A stretch of 15,863 nt of DNA from an uncultured Deinococcales bacterium (GTDB lineage: Bacteria; Deinococcota; Deinococci; Deinococcales; JAAFIG01). This document shows positions 1 through 8,012 of the stretch, in pieces. Under the pieces are notes generated by a model. It was not told the origin of the DNA, searched no databases, and worked only from the letters and a program-made list of their open reading frames with translations. The translations under genes were made by a program, and so were the position numbers. Every line of letters starts with the position of its first letter. The stretch's first letter is position 1. The stretch covers positions 1-15,863 of the forward strand of contig CAXTTL010000107.1 in assembly GCA_964247135.1 (NCBI GenBank). Direction: 5' to 3'.

Positions 1-1315
1 TCTCGAGCATCAAACCAATCTCAAGCACGTGCGCATCCGAAGCTCGAGCGCCAACGATTTGCAGTCCAACGGGTAAACCGGCAACTTTTGTAAATGGCAT
101 TGAAAGTGTGGGCAGCCCAACCAAACTAAACGGTGCGGTCAACTCGAGGAAGGCGTTTCTGTGGGTTACAGTGCCACTCTCGAGGGTGACATGGGTTGTG
201 CCGCGTTTTGGTGCTGGAAGTGGCGCGGTAGGCTGAATCAGGGCATCACAGGCGTTCAGGGTTGCCTCGAGTCCAGCCCGAACTTGGCGGCGCAGTTGGC
301 GAGCTTCCAAATATTCGCTGGCACAAATGCTGGAGCCTGCTTGAAGTGGTGGAAGAACGCCTTCGGAAAATCCTTGACCGCCAGCTTTCAAGGCTTCACG
401 GTGAACATATGCGGCTTCGGCGCGAACGATGGGCGTGTAACTGGATGACGCCAACTCGAGGTCAATTGGATTCAGGTCAACCACACTTGCGCCAGCGTGG
501 CGAAGTTGCTCGAGTAAACTTTCAAAACCACGGCGCACTTCAACGCCCAAACGACCTTCGAGCCAAACTCGAGGCACACCAAATGTCAGGTTTTTGGGAG
601 ATTCGAGGTTTTGAATTGGGAAATCTCGAGCCGCCAAAACCTCGAGCACGGCGTGGGCGTCGCTTACGTTTTGCGTAATTGGTCCAGCGTGATCGCAAGT
701 CATGGACAGATGCAAAGCACCCTCGAGCGGCACAACACCAAAAGTTGGCTTAAACCCGACCACGCCATTAAAACTGGCTGGAATCCGAATTGACCCGCCC
801 GTGTCCGAACCCAAACTGGCAAAGCCGATTCCTGCCGCGACGCTGGAGGCACTTCCGCTGCTCGAGCCGCCGGCTTGCAAACTTGGGTCGAGGGCGTTTT
901 TCACGTCGCCAGTATTTGGGTTTTCGCCCGTCACACCGAGCGCAATTTCGTGCATGTTGGTTTTACCAAGAATCACTGCGCCAGCGTCACGAAGTCTTTT
1001 GACCGCGCCCGAGTCGCTTTGAACAGCTTGGAACTCGAGTGGCAAAATGGCGTTTGTTCCTGCTTTGGTTGGCATTTGAAAAACGTTGAACAAATCTTTG
1101 ACCGTGATTGGAACACCGTGCAGCCTTCCTCGAGAAGTGCCCGCTTTGGTTTCCTGATCTAAAACTTCGGCGGTTTCTCGAGCTTGGTCGCTTGCCAGAA
1201 ACGCAAAAATGTTCAGGTCAGCTCGAGTTTCGTTGATGGCTAAAGCTTGATTGACGAGTTGGAGGCTTGAAGTCTCCCCTGTTTGAATGTGCTTCGCGGC
1301 TTCAATTAGGGTCAT
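1..1315 (-). CDS. Amidase signature (AS) family protein, 3' end truncated by the window edge
   Basis: Translated by hand from the ATG at 1315: MTLIEAAKHIQTGETSS...LHGVPITVKDLF...ILGKTNMHEIALG...AGGSSSGSASSVAAGIGFASLGSDTGGSIRIPASFNGVVGFKPTFG...LTAPFSLVGLPTLSMP...GLPVGLQIVG. The Lys/cis-Ser/Ser catalytic motifs are present and the N- and C-terminal segments are in the same frame, reaching base 2. It is missing from the ORF track because there is no stop codon in the window. Confidence 0.93.
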   Translation of the reverse strand, partial: MTLIEAAKHIQTGETSSLQLVNQALAINETRADLNIFAFLASDQARETAEVLDQETKAGTSRGRLHGVPITVKDLFNVFQMPTKAGTNAILPLEFQAVQSDSGAVKRLRDAGAVILGKTNMHEIALGVTGENPNTGDVKNALDPSLQAGGSSSGSASSVAAGIGFASLGSDTGGSIRIPASFNGVVGFKPTFGVVPLEGALHLSMTCDHAGPITQNVSDAHAVLEVLAARDFPIQNLESPKNLTFGVPRVWLEGRLGVEVRRGFESLLEQLRHAGASVVDLNPIDLELASSSYTPIVRAEAAYVHREALKAGGQGFSEGVLPPLQAGSSICASEYLEARQLRRQVRAGLEATLNACDALIQPTAPLPAPKRGTTHVTLESGTVTHRNAFLELTAPFSLVGLPTLSMPFTKVAGLPVGLQIVGARASDAHVLEIGLMLE

Positions 1316-1321
1316 GGCGCA

Positions 1322-1327
1322 ATTTTA
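1322..1327 (-). promoter_or_regulatory. -10 box TAAAAT for probable leaderless transcription of the amidase
   Basis: Minus strand reads TAAAAT-tgcgcc-ATG (6-nt spacer); no Shine-Dalgarno. Confidence 0.65.
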
Positions 1328-1332
1328 CGCGT

Positions 1333-1338
1333 TAGACT
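1333..1338 (+). promoter_or_regulatory. -10 box TAGACT for probable leaderless transcription of the lipid kinase
   Basis: TAGACT-aaccaa-ATG(1345), 6-nt spacer; no Shine-Dalgarno. Confidence 0.65.
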
Positions 1339-1344
1339 AACCAA

Positions 1345-2229
1345 ATGCTTCAAGTCATTCTCAATCCCACCGCCGGCGGTGGGCGTGCCAGCCGTGCCAT
1401 TCCCGCGCTGCAAACGGCGCTCGAGGCGAAAAAACTCGAGTACAACCTGTTTTTGACCGACAAGGCTGGGGCGGCTCGAGATTTTACAAGAAATTTACCT
1501 GGCAATGATCCAATTGTGGTGGTCGGGGGCGACGGCACGCTGCATGAGGTGATCGCCAGTTTGCTCGAGCAGACCAACCATTCAGACCGTGCGGTGGGCG
1601 TGATTCCGCTCGGGACGGGTGATGATTTTGCCAGGGGGGCGAAAATTCCGTTAAACAACCTTGAGGCGGCGGTGAACATCATTGCGAGCGGCAAGCTCGA
1701 GGTTTTGGACGCGGGACGGATTGGCTCTAAGGCGTTCATCAATGGTTTTGGCAGCGGTTTTGACGCGCTGATCGCCAGGGAGGTACGCAATGCGCCCAAG
1801 TTTCTTCCAGGTTCAATGCGTTATTTGTGGGCGATTCTGGCAGAACTCTCTAAGCTCAGTCCTCGACCCGCCAAAGTGATGGCGGATGGCGTGGTGGTGC
1901 ATGACGGGGCGGCGTTGCTGATTGCGGTCATGAATTTGATCGGTTACGGCGGCGGTCTAAAAATCGCACCCAATTCCGACCCCAAGGACGGCTGGCTCGA
2001 GGTGGTTATGGCGGGAAGGTTTGGCAAAATGGGCGTGCTGGGAATCTTGCCCAAGTTGCAAAAAGGTGCCCATCTTGGACATCCTGAAGTCAAAGTGGTT
2101 CGGGCAAAAGAGGTCAGAATCGAATGGCAAAAACCAGTTGCCGCGCACGTGGACGGCGAGTTGCTCGAGATGGGAACGGTTTTTGAGGCTTCGGTGTTGC
2201 CAGGAGCGATTAAGTTCTTCATGCCTTAA
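1345..2229 (+). CDS. Diacylglycerol/lipid kinase family protein (YegS/BmrU-like)
   Basis: Motifs ILNPTAGGG, VVGGDGT, IPLGTGDDFAR, GSGFDA, YGGG, DPKDGWL, HVDGE. Confidence 0.92.
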   Translation: MLQVILNPTAGGGRASRAIPALQTALEAKKLEYNLFLTDKAGAARDFTRNLPGNDPIVVVGGDGTLHEVIASLLEQTNHSDRAVGVIPLGTGDDFARGAKIPLNNLEAAVNIIASGKLEVLDAGRIGSKAFINGFGSGFDALIAREVRNAPKFLPGSMRYLWAILAELSKLSPRPAKVMADGVVVHDGAALLIAVMNLIGYGGGLKIAPNSDPKDGWLEVVMAGRFGKMGVLGILPKLQKGAHLGHPEVKVVRAKEVRIEWQKPVAAHVDGELLEMGTVFEASVLPGAIKFFMP

Positions 2230-2254
2230 AAATACTTTTGCCACAAGACTCGGC

Positions 2255-2260
2255 TAAAAT
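2255..2260 (+). promoter_or_regulatory. -10 box TAAAAT, probable leaderless start of the histidine kinase
   Basis: TAAAAT-accttc-ATG(2267), 6-nt spacer. Confidence 0.6.
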
Positions 2261-2266
2261 ACCTTC

Positions 2267-4321
2267 ATGAGCGTCCAAACCAGCAAACTCCCTCGAGCCT
2301 CACAATCAGCTCGAGGGTGGCAATTGCCAATCGCGGCATTGCGTTGGTTGTTCAAACCATTCTCGAGATCGTTTCCAATGGCGCTCTTGGAGGTTTTGTT
2401 TACGGCGTTGGCGCTGCAATCGCTGGCGTTGTGGTTGACCAGGTTTTACGCGCCGCCGGTGCCAGAATTGCTGGCTTGGTTTGCCGAGCACAGCTTGTGG
2501 GTGTTGGGCGTGTTAAGACTCGAGAGTTTCAAAGCGGATGTTTGGTGGCGAGCCATCCGAATCCCGTTGTTTGGGGCGTTGGCTGGCGGCTTGTTTGGCT
2601 TGCTCGGTCATGAGATCACACCGCTTTTAAAACCGACTCGGGCTTTTTTTGAGTTTCAGGCGTTGACCGCACCCGATTTATCCAAGGCGGGATTGGAGTT
2701 GCTGGCGCTGAACACCAGCTTGCGTTTTGTGTTCGCTTATGCGCTGCGGGCGACCTGGCTCGAGGGGCGCCAGTATTTGCGTTGGCGTTTGACGGCATTA
2801 ACGCTGGGGGCAGGTGTCTTTGCCAGCGCCATGATTACGGTCATTCCTGGTTTGATCGATTTGATTCGCAATCCCAGCCAAGCCGCTTCGGGTACAGCAC
2901 TGACCGAGGCTCGAGAGTTGTCATTGTCGTTTCAACCGTTTGGTTTGGTCAACCCAGACCATCAACAGTTGCAAAATGTGCTCGATTACCTCGAGCGCGA
3001 TGCGAACAAAATGCGCTTGATTGCGCTTGAGGGCGAGACTGAAACGCACCGCCGACCAGCCAACCGCATTTCGTTGATTCTCAGCGCCGATGGTCGGGTG
3101 ATCGCCTCGAGCCGCCGTGAACGCTTTCCAATCGGTCAATGGATTTCTGACCCGAATACCGAATCTTGGAACGAAATTCGGGCTTTTAACGCCACCGGAC
3201 GTTGCCGCGCCATCAATGTCGGGACTGAAATGCTTTCGGGCTGTCCGGTGCAACAAGACAGCGGCGGTTTTGAAACCACCGTTTTGATCGCGGCAATCGT
3301 GCGCCCGATTGACACCGCCAGCGTTTCGTTTTCTGATGTCGCCGCCAAAATCACCCACGATTTCACACGGGTTCTGGACACCCTCTCCCAAGGTTTGTTG
3401 CCGTTCTTTTTGAGCCTCGGGCTGATTGGCTATCTTGCGGCAAGACGCCTCACCACGCCGCTCGAGCGACTGCTGGCGGGTTCCAAAGCGCTCGAGGCGG
3501 GTCAGTTAAACGTGCGCGTGCCGCTGGAATCTCAAGATGAAGTCGCCAGGCTCAGCGAGGGGTTTAACGCGATGGCGAGCAAACTCGAGCAGAATGTTTC
3601 TGAACTCGAGCGTGAAAAATCCACCGTTGAGACTTTGCTCAAAGCCAACCGTGCCCTGACCGCCAGCGCCAGCCACGAGTTGCGCACACCGCTTGCCGTC
3701 ATGCGGGCGCACCTGGAGAGTGCCGAAATGCGCAACGAGAGTTTGTCGAGCGAGCAAACCAAAGTTTTGCAAAACGAGGTCTTGCGCCTGGAAGGTTTGG
3801 TCGAGGATTTGTTTGCGCTCTCACGCGCCGAACTCGGGCAGCTCGAAACCAAACTCGAGAGTGTCAACGTCTTCGAGAGTGTGACGCGCAGCGTCAAGGC
3901 GCTCGAGCCGATGGCAAGGCAGGGGCAGATTATCCTCATCAACGCCGTGCCAGAAAACCTGCCAAACGTCAAAGCCGACCAGAAACGCTTGAGCCAAGTC
4001 TTGATGAATTTACTGCAAAATGCCCTGCGTTACACGCCCGAAGGCGGACTGGTGAAACTCGAGGCGAAACTGGTGCGGCGCGAGATTTGGTTTACGATAG
4101 AAGACACCGGCATCGGCATCAGCCCAGAAGAACTCGAGCATGTTTTCGAGCCGTTTTACCGCACCGACCCAGCCCGAACCCGCACCACTGGCGGCAGCGG
4201 TCTTGGCTTGTCGCTGGTGCGCGAATACGTCGAGGGCATGGGCGGCAATGTTCGTGCCGAAAGCATCAGCGACCAGGGCAGTCGGTTTACGCTCGAGTTA
4301 CCCGTTTGGCGCGGGGTTTAA
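2267..4321 (+). CDS. Membrane-bound sensor histidine kinase (several TM helices, sensor domain, HAMP, HisKA, HATPase_c)
   Basis: HAMP (LTTPLERL...DEVARLSEGFNAMASKLE), H box ASHELRTPL, N box NLLQNALRY, G1 DTGIG, F box EPFYR, G2 GGSGLGL. Confidence 0.93.
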   Translation: MSVQTSKLPRASQSARGWQLPIAALRWLFKPFSRSFPMALLEVLFTALALQSLALWLTRFYAPPVPELLAWFAEHSLWVLGVLRLESFKADVWWRAIRIPLFGALAGGLFGLLGHEITPLLKPTRAFFEFQALTAPDLSKAGLELLALNTSLRFVFAYALRATWLEGRQYLRWRLTALTLGAGVFASAMITVIPGLIDLIRNPSQAASGTALTEARELSLSFQPFGLVNPDHQQLQNVLDYLERDANKMRLIALEGETETHRRPANRISLILSADGRVIASSRRERFPIGQWISDPNTESWNEIRAFNATGRCRAINVGTEMLSGCPVQQDSGGFETTVLIAAIVRPIDTASVSFSDVAAKITHDFTRVLDTLSQGLLPFFLSLGLIGYLAARRLTTPLERLLAGSKALEAGQLNVRVPLESQDEVARLSEGFNAMASKLEQNVSELEREKSTVETLLKANRALTASASHELRTPLAVMRAHLESAEMRNESLSSEQTKVLQNEVLRLEGLVEDLFALSRAELGQLETKLESVNVFESVTRSVKALEPMARQGQIILINAVPENLPNVKADQKRLSQVLMNLLQNALRYTPEGGLVKLEAKLVRREIWFTIEDTGIGISPEELEHVFEPFYRTDPARTRTTGGSGLGLSLVREYVEGMGGNVRAESISDQGSRFTLELPVWRGV

Positions 4322-4714
4322 ATTCGGAGCATAACTTACCCAATGCAAGTAATCATCGATCAAAAATTCTTCAACGGCAATTGGCAAAACCGTTTCTTTT
4401 GAAACCCACTGCCAGTCATCAAGCGCCTCAAAACCACTGCTCGAGAATTGGTATAAAAATCCAGTTTTACCAATCCTTGGTGTGCCAGCGCTGTAAATGA
4501 TTTGCGGCGGGGCGGTGTCGGTTTTGAGTTCCCACTCGAGGTTGCCCTGCGAATCGGGAATGCCCCGCATGGCAAAAGCGATAGACAGCATTCGGTGGTG
4601 TGTGGCATAAACCGCGTGCTGTTGATCTCGAGCCTCACCGACACCCGTAGCTTGGTGAGGCTCGAGATGATCGAGCTTTTGGCTTGAGCCGTGATAGAGA
4701 ATCTGGGGTGTCAA
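4298..4714 (-). CDS. Hypothetical protein, possible ADP-ribosyltransferase fold (Arr-like motif order)
   Basis: Open frame ending at 4298. Likely start is TTG 4714 or GTG 4726; the tracked 4837 start overlaps the upstream gene. Motifs LYHGS, VYAT, GFLY, QWVS. Its 3' end overlaps the kinase 3' end by 24 bp. Confidence 0.6.
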   Translation of the reverse strand: MTPQILYHGSSQKLDHLEPHQATGVGEARDQQHAVYATHHRMLSIAFAMRGIPDSQGNLEWELKTDTAPPQIIYSAGTPRIGKTGFLYQFSSSGFEALDDWQWVSKETVLPIAVEEFLIDDYLHWVSYAPNLNPAPNG

Positions 4715-4764
4715 AATCCATCTCACTTTGCAAGCATTGCTCAAGGGCGCAGCAAGCAGCGCCC

Positions 4765-5481
4765 CTACTTCACTTCGCAGGAGAATTTTTTGAGTTTGTC
4801 CTTGACGATTTTTTCGACATCGCTGGGCAGCTTGCATAAATCTTTGGCTTTTAACCCGACGTTGCCCTTAAACTCTGGAATCGTCAGGTCGGCTTGCATC
4901 ACGCCTTTGTCATTAAAATACTGCACGCGGTACAAATTAAAGCTTTTATCGAGCGCCCAGACCTTCACCCGTCCAAACTCGAGGTTGCTGCCTTTTTTCG
5001 GGGTGGCATCGATCACGTAAGCTTTGCCGTTTGGCGTGTCGTCCATCGTGACGGGTTTGAAATCGAGTTTTTCTTTCGGGATACTCGATTGCAGGTCGCC
5101 GAACGATTCGATACCGCCAAAGCTGACGCCGCCGACTTGGGCTTTGGCGATTTTGGTGATCGTGACCTGGTTGGTGAGGAACAAGTAATTGTAAAAATTG
5201 TCATTGTCGATGATCGAAACGTTGTCCGCCAGGGTGTCGGGCGCGTTGAAGGTCAAACGGGTCAGTTTCAAGCCTGGGATGGCTTGGACATCCAGATCGA
5301 GCTTGATTTTCTGGGTATCGTCGCTGATCGTGCCAACGGCTTTGGCTTTGTAATCTTTGAGGTTTTTTTGAACACCCTCGAGTTTGGTCAGCACGTCGCT
5401 GGCGCTTAAGGTTTGGGCGAGGGCGAGGGTGGCGATGCTCGAGATGATGATAAAACTGGTCAGAACGGGTTTGAATTTCAT
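4765..5481 (-). CDS. LolA-like periplasmic outer-membrane lipoprotein carrier/sorting protein
   Basis: Signal peptide ending ALA-Q, then LSASDVLTKLE, beta-rich body, AYVIDATPK...VKVW...LYRVQYFN pattern; GGAGG Shine-Dalgarno upstream. Confidence 0.7.
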   Translation of the reverse strand: MKFKPVLTSFIIISSIATLALAQTLSASDVLTKLEGVQKNLKDYKAKAVGTISDDTQKIKLDLDVQAIPGLKLTRLTFNAPDTLADNVSIIDNDNFYNYLFLTNQVTITKIAKAQVGGVSFGGIESFGDLQSSIPKEKLDFKPVTMDDTPNGKAYVIDATPKKGSNLEFGRVKVWALDKSFNLYRVQYFNDKGVMQADLTIPEFKGNVGLKAKDLCKLPSDVEKIVKDKLKKFSCEVK

Positions 5482-5571
5482 GGTTTCCTCCGAAATTTTT
5501 TAAAGACAATCCAACTGACTCGAGTATCGGCGTCTGATGTGAGAAGCCAAGACCCTCGAGCTAAACAAAAT

Positions 5572-6528
5572 TTAAGGTTGTGGGAACAAACTTTCGATGT
5601 TCAAACGGTAGCCAATTTGGAAACCGTAAGAGAATTGTCCAGCCGCGCTCGAGCCGCCAAAACCTCGTGCCAGCAAGGCGCCAGGTCCAAGGTTGAACTC
5701 GAGGTTGGTGCCAAAACGAAGCGGCAAGGCGACATCTTCGCGCCAGGGTTCAAAGGCAAAAAAGACGGTCAAATTGCCAATTTTTTCTTCGTCAACATTT
5801 AAGAAGTCGTAACTGGCATCCAAGCCAAGACCATAGGTAAAACCGTTTGGGTTGCCGCCGAGCAAGATTTCTGCGCCCAGACGGTACGGGGCATCTTCGG
5901 GAACAAATTTGACGCTCAGCGTCGCCCCAAAGGTCAAACCACCGGCTTGCGGGGCGAGCAAGGCAGCGCCAGCCAAGGTGAAGGCATCGGAACGCGTCTC
6001 GAGTCCGAGCATGATTCTGGAGCTTTCTGGCACGTAACGCCCGCCAAATTTGACGGTCACGTTTCTCGAGAGCCGATACTGGGCATTTGCACCAATCAGG
6101 AAACTGTTGTTGCTGGCAGGTTCGGGGTTGCGCTCGAAGATGCTGAAGCGGTTGGCGGCAAAACCCGAGGCAGTCCAGAATCCGCCGTTAAGTTCCAAAG
6201 CGATGGGTCCGAGTGTGCCGCGAAGGTTGGTGCGGAAGCGCACGCCGCCAGCAAACACCAGCTCAAAACTGGTGTCCGTCGAGGCGCGACCCAGAGGTCC
6301 AAAGTCAAAACCCGCGCCGATCAAAACGCCAGCCCGTTCGGTGCTGAGGGCAAAACCGAGGTTGAGGTCAGGATTCTCGAGCACGCTGAGGTTGGAAAGC
6401 GCGATTTGCGCGGTGAATGGAAACGCCCCTGGGAACGTTCCCGTACCAAAAGTGACCTCGAGTTCGGTGGCTCTGGCATTCGCGCCAAAGGCAGTGAATA
6501 AGGTTAGAAAGATCAGAAATCGTTTCAT
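5572..6528 (-). CDS. Putative outer-membrane beta-barrel protein (hypothetical)
   Basis: Signal peptide ending ARA, Gly/aromatic-rich alternating amphipathic strands, near-terminal FSYGFQIGYRL. Confidence 0.7.
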   Translation of the reverse strand: MKRFLIFLTLFTAFGANARATELEVTFGTGTFPGAFPFTAQIALSNLSVLENPDLNLGFALSTERAGVLIGAGFDFGPLGRASTDTSFELVFAGGVRFRTNLRGTLGPIALELNGGFWTASGFAANRFSIFERNPEPASNNSFLIGANAQYRLSRNVTVKFGGRYVPESSRIMLGLETRSDAFTLAGAALLAPQAGGLTFGATLSVKFVPEDAPYRLGAEILLGGNPNGFTYGLGLDASYDFLNVDEEKIGNLTVFFAFEPWREDVALPLRFGTNLEFNLGPGALLARGFGGSSAAGQFSYGFQIGYRLNIESLFPQP

Positions 6529-6535
6529 GCCTCAA

Positions 6536-6541
6536 AGTTTA
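6536..6541 (-). promoter_or_regulatory. -10 box TAAACT, probable leaderless start of the beta-barrel gene
   Basis: Minus strand TAAACT-ttgaggc-ATG(6528), 7-nt spacer. Confidence 0.5.
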
Positions 6542-6649
6542 CGCCACAAACCTGAAGCCCGCACGGGCAAAGGCAGGGAGAAACGAATGGTTCAAGAAAC
6601 AGTGAACGGGCATCAAGTTAACATTTGAAACCTGAGACAGAATACGAGC

Positions 6650-7435
6650 ATGGAACTAAAAACCGAATTCTCGAGCCGCAAAGAAATGACGGATTACCTG
6701 GCAGAGCAACTCAAGGGTTTGTACTCGGGCGAAGCCATCCCAAACGAAATGTTTGGTGGTCGGCGTGCGGCACTGGCGCAACTCGAGCAATTTAAAGCAC
6801 ACGGCTACGGCAAACGCAACTTTGTCGGGTCGTTCACCTCTAGACTCTCGGCGTACTTGCGTCACGGCGTGCTGTCGATTGCCGAGGTCGCGGAACACAT
6901 CAGGGCACATGCCAGCGGGCGTGAAAAGCTCGAGTTTTTAAAGCAGCTTTGCTGGCACGAATTCTTCTCGTTGGTTTTGGAACAAGAGGGCGCGGCGGTG
7001 CTCGAAGACCTTGAAGCGCCAAAATACGCCGCAAAGTGGCAAGCCGAAATGCCCGAAGACATTCTCGAGGCACAGACAGGTTTACCCTGTGTCAATGCTT
7101 GGGTTCAAAAATTGATCGACACTGGATATTTGCACAACCATGAGCGGTTGTGGTTCGCGGCTTACGTCACGCACTGGCGCAAAACCCATTGGAAGGCGGG
7201 ATATGACTTTTTTCGTGAGCACCTGCTCGACGGTGACATTGCCAGCAACGCCTTGTCCTGGCAGTGGGTGGCAAGCACGTTCAGTTCCAAACCATATTTT
7301 ATGAACCAGCAAAACATCGAAAAATATTCTTCTGACGCGTACTGCTCGAGTTGCCGCGCGGTTTGTCCTTTTAGAAAATCGTATCCCGACCTCGAGCGCG
7401 AATTGTTCGGTCAAGATGCCGGTTGGTCGTCATGA
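6650..7435 (+). CDS. Short photolyase/cryptochrome FAD-binding domain protein (NewPHL/SPL-like) with 4-Cys motif
   Basis: TSRLSAYLRHG, TGLPC, GYLHNHERLWFA, LLDGDIASNALSWQWVAST, YCSSCRAVCPF; only 261 aa with no N-terminal antenna domain. Confidence 0.88.
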   Translation: MELKTEFSSRKEMTDYLAEQLKGLYSGEAIPNEMFGGRRAALAQLEQFKAHGYGKRNFVGSFTSRLSAYLRHGVLSIAEVAEHIRAHASGREKLEFLKQLCWHEFFSLVLEQEGAAVLEDLEAPKYAAKWQAEMPEDILEAQTGLPCVNAWVQKLIDTGYLHNHERLWFAAYVTHWRKTHWKAGYDFFREHLLDGDIASNALSWQWVASTFSSKPYFMNQQNIEKYSSDAYCSSCRAVCPFRKSYPDLERELFGQDAGWSS

Positions 7436-7857
7436 GTGCGCTGGTGTGGCTGCACGGCGCTAGCCTCTCGAGCACCGACCCTGCATTGCTGGCGAACCCG
7501 AACGCGCCAGTCATTTTTGTCTTTGACAAACCATTCCTCGAGCAGACCCGTATCGGTTTTGGGCGTTTGCAATTTATCTTTGAAAGCCTGATCGAATGCC
7601 TTGAAGCACGCGAGCATCGGGTGTGCGTTGGCGTGCAAAGCGAAGAGATTGTTCGGTTCGCCCACTCGAGCAACTGTACCGAAATTCATGTGACGTTTGT
7701 TGCCAGCCCAGAATTGGAGCACACCATTGCCGCACTCGAGAATGCTGGTTTAAAAGTGGTGCTGCATCACCTCGAGCGGCTGACCAGTTATTCGGGGCGG
7801 GTGAAGCGCTTTAGCACCTTCTGGAAGCAAGTCGAGCGCGAGGTTTGGGAGGCATGA
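7432..7857 (+). CDS. Stand-alone photolyase alpha/beta (antenna-like) domain protein
   Basis: ATGA overlap with the upstream stop gives start 7432. LVWLHG..L...[19 protein letters not shown] and KRFSTFWK resemble the photolyase N-terminal domain. Confidence 0.78.
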   Translation: MSALVWLHGASLSSTDPALLANPNAPVIFVFDKPFLEQTRIGFGRLQFIFESLIECLEAREHRVCVGVQSEEIVRFAHSSNCTEIHVTFVASPELEHTIAALENAGLKVVLHHLERLTSYSGRVKRFSTFWKQVEREVWEA

Positions 7858-8012
7858 AAACCAAGACTTTTGGCGGCGGCAAAAAACCTTCAGATCGCGC
7901 CAGCAAAATCTGCCCTGTCTGTCAGAAACCTTTTGCCTGGCGCAAAAAATGGGCGAGGGATTGGCAGAATGTCATTTACTGCTCTGAAAAATGCAAGAAA
8001 TCTCGAGTTTAA
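7854..8012 (+). CDS. DUF2256 family small Cys-rich protein (52 aa)
   Basis: Not in the ORF track. ATGA-coupled to the previous gene. [52 protein letters not shown] matches the DUF2256 pattern CxxC-x2-PF.WRKKW..DW..V.YCS..C. Confidence 0.9.
   Translation: MKTKTFGGGKKPSDRASKICPVCQKPFAWRKKWARDWQNVIYCSEKCKKSRV

Noticed and set aside
161-1162. Six plus-strand ORFs in the track over the first 1.2 kb
   Set aside because: They are antisense shadows of the minus-strand amidase, which has the family motifs.
1-1315. Calling the amidase gatA
   Set aside because: No gatC immediately upstream, and the generic amidase motifs do not establish glutamyl-tRNA amidotransferase function.
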